From NCBI RefSeq assembly GCF_009914755.1, contig NC_060937.1: 64,000 bases of DNA. One strand, 5' to 3'. The position numbers and the translations under genes were made by a program. Shown here one piece after another: positions 15,261 through 29,584 of this stretch. The notes below the pieces were generated by a model. It had not been told where the DNA came from. It ran no database searches and saw only the letters and a list, made by a program, of their open reading frames with translations. The DNA comes from the human T2T-CHM13v2.0 reference genome, Homo sapiens. Numbering within the stretch: the stretch's first letter is position 1; each line of letters starts with the position of its first letter.

Positions 15261-18200
15261 ATGCTCTTTTTATTCTGCACTTCCAAACATCTCTCAGATT
15301 GCCCTGTTGTTTTGCTTTTCAGTAGTCATCACCTTTGTCCAGAACCTTAATTGTATCTGCATTTTGGCAGTATCCTGCCAGTTTTCCACATCCAGCTGTT
15401 CACATTCTAATGCATTCTGCAATGGATGATTTTGAGCATATGACTGATCATCACTGTCTCAGAAATTTATGCTAATCTATTGTGACCTATTCTGTCAAAT
15501 CCAAATAACTTTACATTCAAAACTTTTCATATTCTGGCCCCATACTGTCTATTGTAATCTTATTTTCTAAAAGCCACAAACTATTAATCCTGTAGCCTAA
15601 TTAGGTTGATATCATCATTTTCACAACACGTTGGGTAAATTCTTATATCTGTTCCTTTAATCATAGTTTCCATGCTTAGACACTCCATTGCCCTCCCTAA
15701 GCACCAGCCAGAGTCCACTATGGGGGGATATTTTAAAGGCTCTTTTCCCCTAACCCATCTGCCCCAGAGGTGGCACAGGCTAGAAAAGATAGTCCAATTA
15801 TTTGGCTTAATTATTTGGATCTTACAGTTTTTTTGGGAGAGTTCCAGATGATTTGATGAAATGCAACATGGTCAAAAACATTTTGGTGGAGAATAATTTA
15901 ATCAACTAGACCATTTGGTGAAAAATAAATCCCAGTTACTAGACTTCCCAGTATTAATAATTTTGGTATGCCAGGAATTTTTAAAACATTTCTAACAAAT
16001 TTTTTCAGAAATCAGAATGACTGAAATGTATAACAATAGGAAATTAGGAAATCAATAAGTAATCATTGAAAAGTGAGTGATTGAATTAGTTGGAACAATC
16101 TATGCCATCCATCCTGTGGGGGAAAAAATGAAAACAGCTAAACAAGCAGAGCAGACATCATCAACTTAGAAAAACAATATAGTAAATAATTTGAACTAGA
16201 AAATTTTCCAAAATTGAAAATTCCAGTTTTAAAAAATTTGTGTTTTCTTATTCAAAAAGCAATACATATTTCGTTACATAAAAGTCAGAAAATCAGAGAA
16301 GCAGAAGAACATAATAAATACCCACTGTCCTACTCAATAGAGACTATAACTGCTATCTCTGTACAAATCCTTTAAAATCCTGTCTTATGTGTATTTATTT
16401 TACATCTGTACATATGATTCCAAAATTAGGTAATACTGTACGTGGTCTATCTATAGCTAACTATAGTTTGTAATTTAATAAGCTATATTTGTCCATGGTG
16501 ATCATTTATTGCTCATAAAATTAATAAATTATAATTTATTTATCAACACTGATCATTTGTTGCTAATAATTTATTTCATTTAATGTCTTATTCCTGGGTT
16601 ATTTTAACTAATCCCTATTGTTAGCCCTTTAGGTTGTTTCAACTAATTTAAGAATTATAAATGGCCCATAGTAGTTACTTAATAAATATTTGAGTGAAAG
16701 GATAAATGAATGAATAATTCCACATTATTGGATGTTCAAGTTGTTTCCATTCAACTTTATTGTTGTGGGGGAGTATAATACAATCTTGGTGAAGAGCCAC
16801 CAACTTAGGAAGAACTATGAAGAAGCATGTTATTTACTCCTGCTTGTGGGTGGGGTGCATTGGGAAAGGAATGCCTAAATGCACGTGGGGAGCCAAACAA
16901 GACTTCACAGGGGAGATGGGAATTGAGCCAAATTTGGAAGAAGTGAGAATTTTCAGTTGATAATTGGGGAAGATAGTACTAAGAGTAAGTGGGGTTCATT
17001 AGGAACTACTTCTTAGAAGAGGCAAGTCCAGAACAGAAGGCAGAAAGGGATATGGATATGAAGGAAAAGTAGAATGCAACTTCAGGGCTAGTAGGTTGGC
17101 ATCCAACGTAGGTACAGCCCTGGATGAGGAGTAATGAGAAACTGACCTGGCTGTAGCAAAACAGCTAGGCTGGGAAGTGATGCTGTTTACATTTATATGC
17201 GATTCTACTGGTCTTCCTGTTACTTTGTAGAAGGCTGTAAGGCTTGGTGCTCAGAGCTAGAAATGCAACTTATTTGATTTGCTAAGAAGTCCAAAGCAGG
17301 TAGGGGTGCCAAGCTGCTGCCTGTTCACACATATTCGTCTAACTGGGTGTCAGGGAAAGCAGATATGAGCCCCCTTGCATTGGTTAAATCCTGAGCAACT
17401 TTTAAGGAACTGCACACAGAGACTACTGGCTATTTTTTGTGGATAAAGTTGTAGATAGTTATTTTTGGGAAATTATTTATGTGTTCTATTAGGTGGTTGT
17501 TTTGTGGGAGGCTGTTTGAAATTCTGTCTTAAGGAACTGCAGCTTATAAACCATAGTGCTGATAGAAATAAGAGAAATAATTTGGTCTGCGAGCACAAAC
17601 ATCAGGCTAGTTGGCATGCTTATGTAAACACCACACAGTAGCAGTGACTTTTAAGGAAGTCCTCAGACAATGTAATCCCAATACTCTTCTTGAAGTTGAG
17701 GTAATAGGGTGCCAGAAAGAAAAAGAAAATAAATCTCTAGTGCCTTCTAAAATTTTTTCAATCCTTTGACCTTTTTGAAAACGGTCACCTTTAATTCAGA
17801 ACTAAAGTAACATCTGGAGGGCCCTTTTCTTAGATAGGGAGAAGACATAAATGAGCTATTTGAATTATTTTCTGCTTATGGGCTGCATTTCATTTCTTCC
17901 ACCATTGGTCTCAGTCCATTTAATTAAGATTATTTGTAGGATTAAATTAATCCTTTAAGAATTATTCCATTTCAATTTTTAAAAAATCTAATGAATGATA
18001 GATAACAAAAAGCGGTCCATTCAGTATTACCCCTGAAACATATTTGGGTGATTGGTGATACCATCCATGTCTCTCCAACTTCAGCTTCATATACTCAGCT
18101 GAGTACCAGGCATCTTCATTGAAAGCTAGACTTGTGACCTAAATAGAACTTGATCCCTTCCCTTCCCCAACTCCTTATTTTTTGTTTTCTTTGAGTTCCT

Positions 18201-18682
18201 TGATTCCTCTTCCCCTCCTCACATGCAACATGTAACATCCAATTCATCAGCAGGTTCTACAGATTCTGCCTTCAATAATAGCCTAAATCTAGCCACTTGT
18301 TACTATCTTTTTTGGTCCAAACCATCATGATCTTTTGCCTGGACCATTGCAATAGTTGTCTAACTGGTATCCTTGCTCCCATTTTGTCCTCCTAGATCCT
18401 ATTTTCCACGTAGTAGCCACTGATTTTTGGAAACTTATCAATCATTACCCAGACACAATGAGTACATTTACATAGTTGTTTGATTCCATTTACATAAAGT
18501 CCCACAATCACTCTATGTACTGGGAATCACAACAGTGGTCTCCTATGTTGAGAATTGATTAAGAGTCACAAGGAAACAAGGAGTAATATTCCATTGTATT
18601 AACAGACCACACTGTTCATACATTCTCCTGTAAATGGACATTTATGTTGTTTTCAGTTTTTTTGCTATTGTGATTAAAGCTA

Positions 18683-18764
18683 TTAGGTTGGTGCCAAAGT
18701 AATTGCAGTTTTTGCCATTACTTTTTAAATGGCAAAAACTGCAATTACTTTGGCACCAACCTAA
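18683..18764. mobile_element. MADE1 (Hsmar1-derived mariner MITE)
   Basis: TTAGGTTGGTGC...GCACCAACCTAA, 37-bp inverted arms with an 8-nt spacer, TA target duplication at 18681-82 and 18765-66. Confidence 0.95.
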
Positions 18765-20009
18765 TACTGTAAGTATCTTTGAACTTACCAATCAAACATT
18801 ACTACAACACTTGAATAAGAAACACTTCCATAGCATTTACAATTCTAAGTGCTTTCCATGTATTGACTTAGTTAATCCTCACAAGGATATAACCATGAGG
18901 TGCTATTACTATCCCTACTTTACAGATGAGGAAATAGAGGCACAGACTTCAGATAATTTGCCCAAGGTCCCACAGCTAATAAGAGGGCAGAATTAGGAAA
19001 GCCTGGCTGAGTCTATGCTCTCATCACTTGCTCAACTCTGCCTGGAATGCCCTTCCCGTACCCTCTACCGCCTCTGCCCAATCCTCCGGGTTCTCTGCTC
19101 CTTCCACACACCCCCATCTCAGGTCCCAGTCTTTTTTAGCATTCTTCACTTTTTCTGTTACAGATCCTCAGACAATGCTTCCTTGAAGAAGACTTGCCTG
19201 TCTAAACTGCCTTCCCATCCCAATCCCTGTTACCTTCTATCCTTTCTCTGCTTTATTTTCATTTGTTATCTCTCTTCTTCCCAAGAATGTAAGCTCCATA
19301 AGAACAGGATCATATTTTGAATCCCCTAGAAAAGTGCCTAGTGTAATATTTGTTGAATGAATATGATCCCTGCAATTAAAAGCTAAATATATATATTTTT
19401 TTAACTAACAGATTACTGTAGTAGTTTCAAAGATGAATTTATGTTTCGGAGAAAATCAGTATTCTCTTGCCACATAAATTGTAGGTAATTATATTTCTAT
19501 ACCTGAATAGCTTTGCCAATGACTAAGATATTAATCTATTATATATTTATTAATCTATAGATCTTTAAAATTGATGCACATGTTTTATAAGCAATTTGAT
19601 GAATTTTGATGACTACATACACCTGTATGTGTATGGATATCTGTAACAAATATCCAAGTAAAGATATAGAATATTCTCATTACCCCAGAAAGTTTCTTTG
19701 TGACTTCTAATCAATTCTCACCTCCGTAGGAAACCGCTGTTGTGATTCCCATCACCACAGACTGATTTTGGGACTTTATGTAAATGGAATCAAACAACTC
19801 TGTGAATGTACTCTGTGTCTGAGTTCTTTCAATCTACACAATCTTTTTGACATTAATCCATATTACTGCCTAGAAGAGTAGTTCACTCTTTGCATTAATG
19901 AATAGTATTCCATTGTATAAACAAACCACACTGTTTATACATTCTCCTGTGAATGGACATTTGTGTTGTTTTCAGTTTTCTGCTATTGCGATTTAAGCTA
20001 CTATAAGCA

Positions 20010-20306
20010 TTTTTTTTTAATTGCGATGGGGTTTCGCTCTTGTTCCCCAGGCTGGAGTGCAGTGGCAGCGATCTCAGCTCACTGCAGCTTCTGCCACGTG
20101 GGTCCAAGCGATTCTCCTGCCTCAGCCTCCCGAGTACCTGGGATTACAGGCATGTGCCACCACACCTGGCTAAGTTTCGTATTTTCAGTAGAGACGGGGT
20201 TTCACCATGTTGGTCAGGCTGGTCTCGAAGTCCTGACCTCAGGTGATCCACCCACCTCGGCCTCCCAAAGTGCTGGGATTACAGTCTTGAGCCACTGTGC
20301 CCGGCC
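20010..20306 (-). mobile_element. AluS
   Basis: Reverse Alu dimer; AGCAT-TTT-like target duplication at ~20006 and 20307. Confidence 0.9.
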
Positions 20307-20551
20307 AGCATCTTTGAACATATCAATTTGTAAGTTTTATCTTAATATTGTACAAGTCTTTGGGGGGGCTTATGTTGTCATTTCTCTTGGTAAATACCTA
20401 GGTATGAACTTGCTAGATTATAGAGAAAATCTATCTTTAATTTTATAAGAAACTGTCAAATAGTTTTCCAAAGTGGTGGTACTATTTATACTCCCACCAT
20501 CAATGTATGAAATTTCCGTTGTTTTACGTCCTTGCCAGAATTTGTTGGTAG

Positions 20552-20845
20552 TCTTTTTTTTTTTTTGAGGCAGCATCTCACTGTGTTGCCCAGGCATACA
20601 ATGGTGTGATCTCGGCTCACTGCAACCTCTGCCTCCCAGGTTCAAGGGATTTTCATGCCTCAGCATCCCAAGCAGCTGGGACTACAGAGGCGTGCCACCA
20701 CACCCAGCTAATTTTTGTATTTTTAGTAGAGATGGGGTTTCACCATGTTGCCCAAGTTGGTCTCGAACTCCTGGCTTCAAGTGATTCGCCCGCCTCAGCC
20801 TCCCAAATTGCTGGGATTATAGGCGTGAGTCACTGTACCCAGCCT
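20552..20845 (-). mobile_element. Alu (J/S)
   Basis: Reverse Alu dimer with poly(T) head. Confidence 0.9.
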
Positions 20846-21960
20846 GTTGCCAGTATTTTTAGTTGTAGGCATCTTAGTGGGTGTGAGTGCTCGTTGGGGT
20901 TTTAATTTGCATTTTCCTGATAGTGTTGATGTTGAGGACATTTCTATGTGTTTACTGAGCATTGGTGAAGATTCTCTTGTGAAATATCTATTCAAATATT
21001 TTGCTCATGGTGGGAAGGGGAGTTATTTTTCTTTTACTACTGATAGGTAGGCTTACGTATTTATTTCGGATATAATTATTTTGTCAATTATATACTAATC
21101 ATAAACAAAAACTGATAAATTGGACGACGTCAAAATTAAAACCTGCTCATCAAATGTTAGCGAAATGTAAAGGCAAATCACATACTGAGGGGAGATATTT
21201 TAATATATGTATATTTATATAGTGCTTTCTGTGTTCTAAGAAGTATTTTCCTACTCCAAGATAAAGAGACTATTCTCTTACATTTTGTTCTATAAGTTTT
21301 ATAGTTTTAGCTTTTAGCTTTGGATCTATGATCTGTCTCAAATTTTTATGCAAGATTGGGGTTTAATTTTTTCATACACTTTTCCAGTTGTCAAGGATCA
21401 TTTGTTGAAACGTCTTTCCTGTTGCCACATAATTGCTTTGATGCATTCGTTAGAAATCAGTTGGCTGTGGGTTTATTTTGGAATTTTCTGTTCTGCTCCT
21501 TTGATGTATTTGTCTATCCTTATGCCAATATCACCCTATATTAAATAATTATAGCTTTATAATAAGTCTTGAAATCAGGTAATGTGAATGTTTCAACTGT
21601 GTTTTTCCTTTTTCTAGTTATTTTAGCTGTTTTATGTTCTTATTGTATATATTTTAGAATCAACTTATTCATTTCTACAAAAAGTTTATTGGGATTCTGG
21701 ATGAGATGGTGTTGATTCAGTAGGTCAATCTGGGGAAATCTGATAACAATATTGACTCTTCCAATCCATGAAAATGGTATCTCATTCTTTATTTACATAT
21801 TCTTTAATTTCTGTTAGCAATGTGTTATAATTGTAGCAAACTTGCACATCTTTTGTTAAATTATTTTCTAAGTATTTTACGATTTTGGTACCACTGTAAG
21901 TGGCATTGTATTTAAAATTTATTTTCTGTTTGTTTTCTGTTCATATATAAATGCAATTGA

Positions 21961-22136
21961 TTTTCTTTTTTTTTTTTTTTTTTTTTTTGAGACAGAGGCT
22001 TACTTTGTCACCCAGGCTGGAGTGCAGTGGCGTGATCAGCACTCACTGCAGACTTGAACTCCTGGGCTGAAGGGAGCCTCTCACCTCAGCCTCCCAAGTA
22101 GCTGGGACTATGGGTGTGAGCCAGTGTTCCTGGCCA
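21961..22136 (-). mobile_element. Alu monomer/fragment (AluJ/FRAM-like)
   Basis: poly(T) + gagacagagg...cccaggctggagtgcagtgg...gtagctgggacta; aaatgca flanks both ends. Confidence 0.8.
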
Positions 22137-22771
22137 AATGCAGCTGATTTTTGTATTGACATTGTATTCTGCCAACTTGCTAAATTAACTTATTCGTTTT
22201 AATAGTTTTTCTGTTTTTTTAAAAATCTTAGGATTTCTACACAGACAATCATGTTTTTAATGAACAACAAAGTTTGTTTTTTTGTTTGTTTGTTTTTCCC
22301 TTTTCAATCAACATGCCTTTTATGTTTTTATTTGCCTTACTGCACTGGCTAGGACCTCCAGTACAATTTTAATAGCAATGGTGAGAGTGTTTAAATGTAC
22401 TCCTGTGTATATTTTATTCTTTTGGAACTTATTATAAATGGAATTGTTTTCTTAATTTTCTTTTTGGACTGTTCATTGCTATTGTACAGAAATACAACTG
22501 ACTATTGTGTGTTGATCTTGTACCTTGCAATTTTGCTGAAATCGTTTATTTTTTGCAATAGATTTTTGTGAATTCTTTAGGATTTTCCATATGTAGAATC
22601 ATGTTATCTGTGAATAGGGATAGTTTTACTTCTTTTCTAACTTGGATAGTTTTTTCCTTCCTAATTGCTCTGGCAAGAACTTCTAGTACAATGTTAGAGA
22701 GCAATAGTGAAAGCAGGCATCTTCCTTTCAATCCTGATGTTAGGGGTGAAGCTCTCAGCCTTTCACTGTAA

Positions 22772-23177
<406 letters not shown>

Positions 23178-24620
23178 TCAGATTTTTGTAAAATGCTTTT
23201 CCTGCGTTAATTGAGATAATCATATGGGTTTTCTCCCCCTTTACTCTATTGATGTAATGCATTACAACGATTTTTTTAAATGTTTACCCATCTTTGCATT
23301 CCTGGAATAAATACTAGTTGATTGTGCTGTATAATTCTTAAAATATGCTGCTGGATTTGTTTTGTTAGTATTTGGTTGCATTCTTTTGCATCTATATTCA
23401 TAAGGGATATTGATCTGTAACTATTATTTTCTTGTGGTGGCTTTATCTGGCTTTGGTATCAAGATAATGCTGGCCACATTGGCTAAGTTAGAAAGTGTTC
23501 TTTCTTCTATTTTTTGAAGAGCTTGAAAAGAGTCGTGTTAATTCTTCTTTAAATATTTGGTACAATTCACTATTAAAGCCACTAGTCCTGGGCTTTTCTT
23601 AGTTTGAAAGTTTTTGATTACTAATTCAATCTCTTTTACACCTAGATTAGATTTTGTATTTTTTCCTTAGCCACTTTTGGTAATGTGTGTGCTTCCGGGA
23701 ATTTGGCCAGGTCATCTCTGTTATCTAATTTGCTGGCATCCAAATGTTCATAATGTTCTCTTGTAATCCTTTTTATTATAGAAATGATATACAGAAAAGG
23801 TCAGTTACCACTTTCTTTTATGATTGCATTAATTTGCTTCTTTTCTCTTTTTTTCTCTAGTCAGTCTTGCTAAAGGTTGGTCGGTTTTGTTGATTTTTTT
23901 CAAAGAACCAACTTTTGATTTTGTTGATTCTATAATTTTTCTGCTCTGTATTTTGTGTATATCCATTCTAATTTTTATTAGTTCCTTTATTCTGTTAGCT
24001 GTGAGTTTAGTTGGCTCTTCTTTTTTATTTTCTTAAGGTGGAAGACTAAGTTATTGAGATATATCTTTTTTTTTTTTTGATGTAGGTATTTAAAGCTATA
24101 AAATTTCCTCTGAGCATTGCTTTTGCTGCAATTTATAAGTATTGGTATGTTACATATTCAGTTAGTTTTTTATATACACATTTAAGCTTTTGCTAATCTA
24201 CCTTGTGATTTCTTCATTGACTTATTGCTTGTTTGAGTGTGTCAACAATTTCCACGTATTTGTGAATATTCTAGTTTTCCTTTTGTTATTGATTTCTAGT
24301 TTCATTTCATTGTGGTAAGAAACAATACTTTTTATGATCTCAACAGTTTAAAATTTATTAAGACTTATTTTCTGGTCTAACATATGATCTATCCTGGAAA
24401 ATGTATCATGTGCACTTGAGAAAAATGTATATTCTGATTTTTTTAGGTGGGTGGCATGTTCTATTAATATATATGTCTGTTAGCTCTAGTTGAATTATAG
24501 TGATGTTCAAAGCCTCCATTTTGTTATTAATATAACCATGCCAGATTTTTAATGCTGTCCATTTGCATAATATGTCTCTTTCCATTCTTTTTCTTTTACA
24601 TGATCACTTTATATTTATAG

Positions 24621-24945
<325 letters not shown>

Positions 24946-26214
24946 CCTAAAATCTGCTTTCATAGCATCTGTCTTGTACTTGGAACATTTAGTCCATGTG
25001 TATTTGAATATTTATTGATATGTTTGGGTTTATGTTTACAATCCTGCTATTTGTTTTCTTTTTGTTCCATGTGTTTTTTGTTTTTTATTTCTGCATCTTT
25101 TGGAAAAATCAGATTTTTTGGTAATTCATTTTTCTTATTTTATTGGCTTTTTAGAGAAACCTTTAATATCTTTGTGAGTTTTAGGGATTACATTATTTAT
25201 TCTTATTATTATTCCATTTAGAATTAATATTGTTAATCCCATTAAAAAATTTGTTTATTTCGCTTTTCAGTTCTAGAATTTTCATGTTTTCTTCAGTTGT
25301 TGTTTCTCTGTTGTTATTCTCCATTTGTTCATTATATCTATCTTTTCTTTGAAATCCTTGAAAATATTTATAATAGCTATTTTAAAGTCCTCTGCTAATC
25401 CCGATATCTGGGACATCTTGGCTTCTGTTGATATTGAATACTTCTTTTTTTCCCCTTAATTAAGGGTTTCCTTTTCCTGCTTTTTCACATATCTAGTAGA
25501 TTTTTATTATGCTCTGTGTGCTATGAATGAGATATTATAGGGAGCCTGGTCAATATTGTCTCTTTTTAAAGGGTGTTGTATTTAGTTCTGCCAAGAAGTT
25601 AAATTACCAGATTTACTTGATGTGGCTTTATTCTTTCTTAGAGCTGGTCTATTCCTGCTTTGTTCTTACTTCTCAGGTAATGACCTTCCTGAGTTTCAGC
25701 TGGATGCCTGAAGTGCTCAGCTGCATTTTTCTACTCTGGCTATTCTGAAATGCAATATTTTCCAGACCTACCCAACCTTTGGTATTCATCTCCCAGACCT
25801 GTGGCTGCTTCTCTTTGCTGAGCCTCACAAAATCTTGTCCTGTGCATGGACAGCCACGGATCCTTGGGAAATCTCATGCAGACTTCTAGGTCCTTCCTTT
25901 GTGTAGATTTCTTCTCTCCAGTACGTTGACCTGCTTCAGAGTCCTCATCATTGCTTTCTTCCTTTTCAGCTCAGCAATACTGCTGTGTATTGTGTGAGCT
26001 TCATTTGCCTCAGCCATACCTAGAACACAACCCAAGGCAGAAAGCTGGAGTGGACCTGAGGTTCATCACCTGTTTCCTTCCACCCACCATTTAAAAGCAG
26101 CTTATTTGTGTGAAACTTTTTGTTGGGTTCTGTGGGGGATACGAATAGGCAAATGACAGGGAGCTTATAATTTAGCCAAAGAGAAAATGTCTATATGTTC
26201 TGTGGAATTCAGAG

Positions 26215-26258
26215 TATTTTCCTCGACTTCCAAAATTATTTTCCTCGACTTCCAAAAT
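26215..26258. repeat. Perfect 22-bp tandem duplication
   Basis: TATTTTCCTCGACTTCCAAAAT x2. Confidence 0.95.
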
Positions 26259-28568
26259 TTGGGGCTACTAGCTAGTTGGTAGGAAGGAATTCCAGATCCA
26301 TTTTTCTTCTAGATTTTTTTCAGACTCCATGTTTCAAAATCTAAATGGAAGGTAAGAAGGAAGCAAGGAGGGCATCACATACGAGAGAGACTTATACCCC
26401 AAAGTGGATCATTAGCACATTATGAGATAATATGGTATTATTCTCAGAGGCCTGCCATATAAAATTCCTTCTAATTTATTTTTTAATGGTATGTGCCTGA
26501 AAGTTTTCTGTCTTTCATGATCTTGAAAGCAAAATAAGAACCAGAGTAGCTTATGAGAGAGTTTTCCTGCTTCAGCCCAGAAAAATGTTGCTTCTGTCCT
26601 AGACCCTTTGATCTGGTTCTTAGTGCCAGCCTTCATTCCTCTAGATCTGTTTATTGAATACTGGCTCTGTTGCAGAGACTTTGCTAGAATCTGAGAGATA
26701 AAAGACTCAATGCCTTCAAAACACCTACAATCCAGACACTTAAATAAATGCAATAATATATGGTTAAGGTCTTGGATAGAGGACCATCATAGAAACACAT
26801 AGAACAGACATTTAGTCCATGCTAGGGAGAGGGAAGATGTCAAGGAATGCTTCCTGGAGGTGGCGACATCTAAGCTGAGTTTTAAAGTGGGTGTAAGAGT
26901 GAAGGAACTGGGAATAGGTAAAACATACCTTAGAGAGCTGCACCTCCAAAGCATGGAAGGCTAGATAATCTTAGAACTTCAAGTGGGGTTCAATGTGCCT
27001 GGGACTTGGATTTCAGGCAGAGACCATAGGGCAAGTTGGAGAACAGGTGGGCAGGGTGAGATGAAGCAGAGACTTTTAATAACCATCAAGCAGGCCTGCC
27101 ATCCAACTGCTATGAGCCATTTTCCCTTTTTGAATTTTATTTTTTTAATCTTTAGAGCAATACATGTTTATGGTAGGAAATGAAAAAAATATATAGATGG
27201 GTAAAATGAAGTGAATTATACCACCCACAATCCTGCTGTAAAACAGGTTTTAACAAGTTATAAATCCCTCCAGATCAAAGTGCTACTAAACTCTACTTGC
27301 TATTTTATAACCTTTTTCTGTTCAGAGTATTTTAGAAACGTTTTTACATGTTAATTGATATTCTTTTGCATTATCCTGAATAATGGTATTTCTTTAGTTA
27401 TACTATCATGTATTAAAACATTCATACATGGTAAACATATTTGAATATTAGACATTTCAATTGTTTTCAATGTTTGGCTATTAAAAATAGTATTTAGATG
27501 AATGTTCTTGGCCATACAGTTAATGACTTCACTGAGTCCTTGTCAATAACTTTATTAAATCCCATTCTTAAGACAACAAGCCTATAAGATTAACATACCA
27601 GGAATAATTAGAAAGCATTGCAAGACTATATGTAACCATCTCCCTGTTAATCATCCTTAGTTGTTGCAACATCCTAAATAGTGACTTTCCCACACTCTGC
27701 CTCATAATATTTAATCTGTCAAATGTACCATCTGCAAAGGGAGTGAACTGGCTCGTGAAGAGGTGGTGAAGCTGGTTCAACTCAGTTTAACAGACAATGA
27801 GGGCCTCCGTGTGCCAGGGAGGGAGTGAGGGAACTCCACAGGGAGCTCATTCTGGGGAGGGATGCCCCTCATTATCTGCAGTAAATGATATTAGAGAAGT
27901 ATGTGTGAGACTCTTGGTGTCCAGAGGAGGGGCATGCAGCACAGTATGGGGGTCCATGGGGTTGCAGCGATTTCTTAGAGACGGTGCCATGCCTGGGATG
28001 ACCACCAAGTTAGGATGCTGTAAAGAGTAATCAAATAAGTTTCAACAGGGTTTTGGCATGAGGTGAGCAGTTAATCCAAATGATATCTGAAATGCTTTCT
28101 AATGCTGCAAGTGTATTCCTCTGTAAAATAATCAACTACTTAAAAGACACTCTCACTTGCATTATGTCATTTAATCCTCACAGTGTCCCTACGGGACAAT
28201 AGATGTCATTCCCACTTGTACAGAGCAGTAAGTGAGGCTCACACCGGTCATAGTTAGAGGAGTAGGGAATCTAAACCTAAGTCTCTTCTACTCCAAACCC
28301 CAAGTTTTATCAGTATGTCACATCGCTACTGTGGGCTGAATTCCTTAGCAGGGGTTGTTTCCTCCACCTGCAATATTCTTCCTTTTGGTTTGTTCATCCT
28401 CTAGAGAGAGAAGGGATACGCATTCATGGAGATCCTACTGTTGCAAACTCTGCATTAGGAGTTTTACATGAATTGTCTCATTTAGTCCTCACAACAGTCC
28501 TGTGAGGCACAGGAAAGTTAGATTTACCTGCCCAAATTAAGGAATGTGGCCAACTCAAGAGTGACGAA

Positions 28569-28867
28569 GGCCAGGTGCGGTGGCTCATGCCTGTAATCTC
28601 AGCACTTTGGGAGGCTGAGGTGGGAGGCTGAGGATCGCTTGAGCCCAGGAGTTTAAGACCAGCCAGGGCAACACAGCAAGATTTAATCTCTACTAGAAAT
28701 AAAAAAGAAATTAGCCAGGTGCCTGTAGTCCCAGTTACTTGGGAGGTTGAAGTGGGACGATTGCTTGAGCCTGGGAGGTAGAGGCTGCAGTGAGCCATGA
28801 TCCCATCACTTCACTCCAGTCAGGGTGACAGAGTGAGACCCAGTCTTAAAACAAAACAAAACAAAAA
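28569..28867 (+). mobile_element. AluJ
   Basis: ggccaggtgcggtggctcatgcctgtaatc...gagcccaggagttt...(AAAAC)n tail. Confidence 0.9.
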
Positions 28868-29261
28868 AGAGTGATGGAGCAGGAACTTTATCTGCCATCA
28901 GAGACCATATATGTCTTTCCTTATGGCCCAGGTCATTTATCATGTCCTTGCTAAACCTCCTCCTCTGAGCCTTGTTAAAGTCCTCAAGGTTAGAAGAGTG
29001 GTCTATAATTATAAAAAATTCCATTGTATGACTTCAGCTACCTGCAAAACTGACCGAGATTAATGCATTCTTTGTTTGCTTTCACTCTTTCATTCCCTGT
29101 TCAGCGCTTATTCTACAGAAAGGTGCCTGGTAGATTTAGGACATGACTGTTCATAGGCCTCAAATGCGGTCAAATTAGGAAAGTCCCCTGGTTTTTGGTC
29201 TCAAGAGGTTAATTGCTGAGTACTAGCCTGGACTGCTCAATGGATTTTATGTTTAACTGTT

Positions 29262-29584
29262 GTGTTTATTTGTTTGTTTGTTTTTGTTTTGTGAGACATA
29301 TCTTTCTCTGTCACCTGGGCTGGAGGTCAGTGGTGTGAACATGGCTCACCGAAGCCTCCATCTCCTGGGCTCAAGTGATCCTCCTGCCTCAGCCTTCCTA
29401 GTAGCTGGGACTACAGGCACACAGCACCATGACTGGTTAAGTTTTGGATTTTTTGGTAGAAATGGGGTCTCACTCTTTGCGCAGGCTAGTTGTGAACTCC
29501 TGGTATCAAGGGATTCTCCCAATGTGCTGGGATTTCGGCCTCCCAAAGTGCTGGGACTGCAGGCATGAGCCATCATGCCCAGCC
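29262..29584 (-). mobile_element. AluJ
   Basis: Reverse Alu; tgtttaactgtt flanks both sides. Confidence 0.85.

Noticed and set aside
19963-20905. ORFs of 99-161 aa with SASQSAGIT / HHVGQAGLE motifs
   Set aside because: Typical translations of antisense Alu; the same applies to similar ORFs throughout the window
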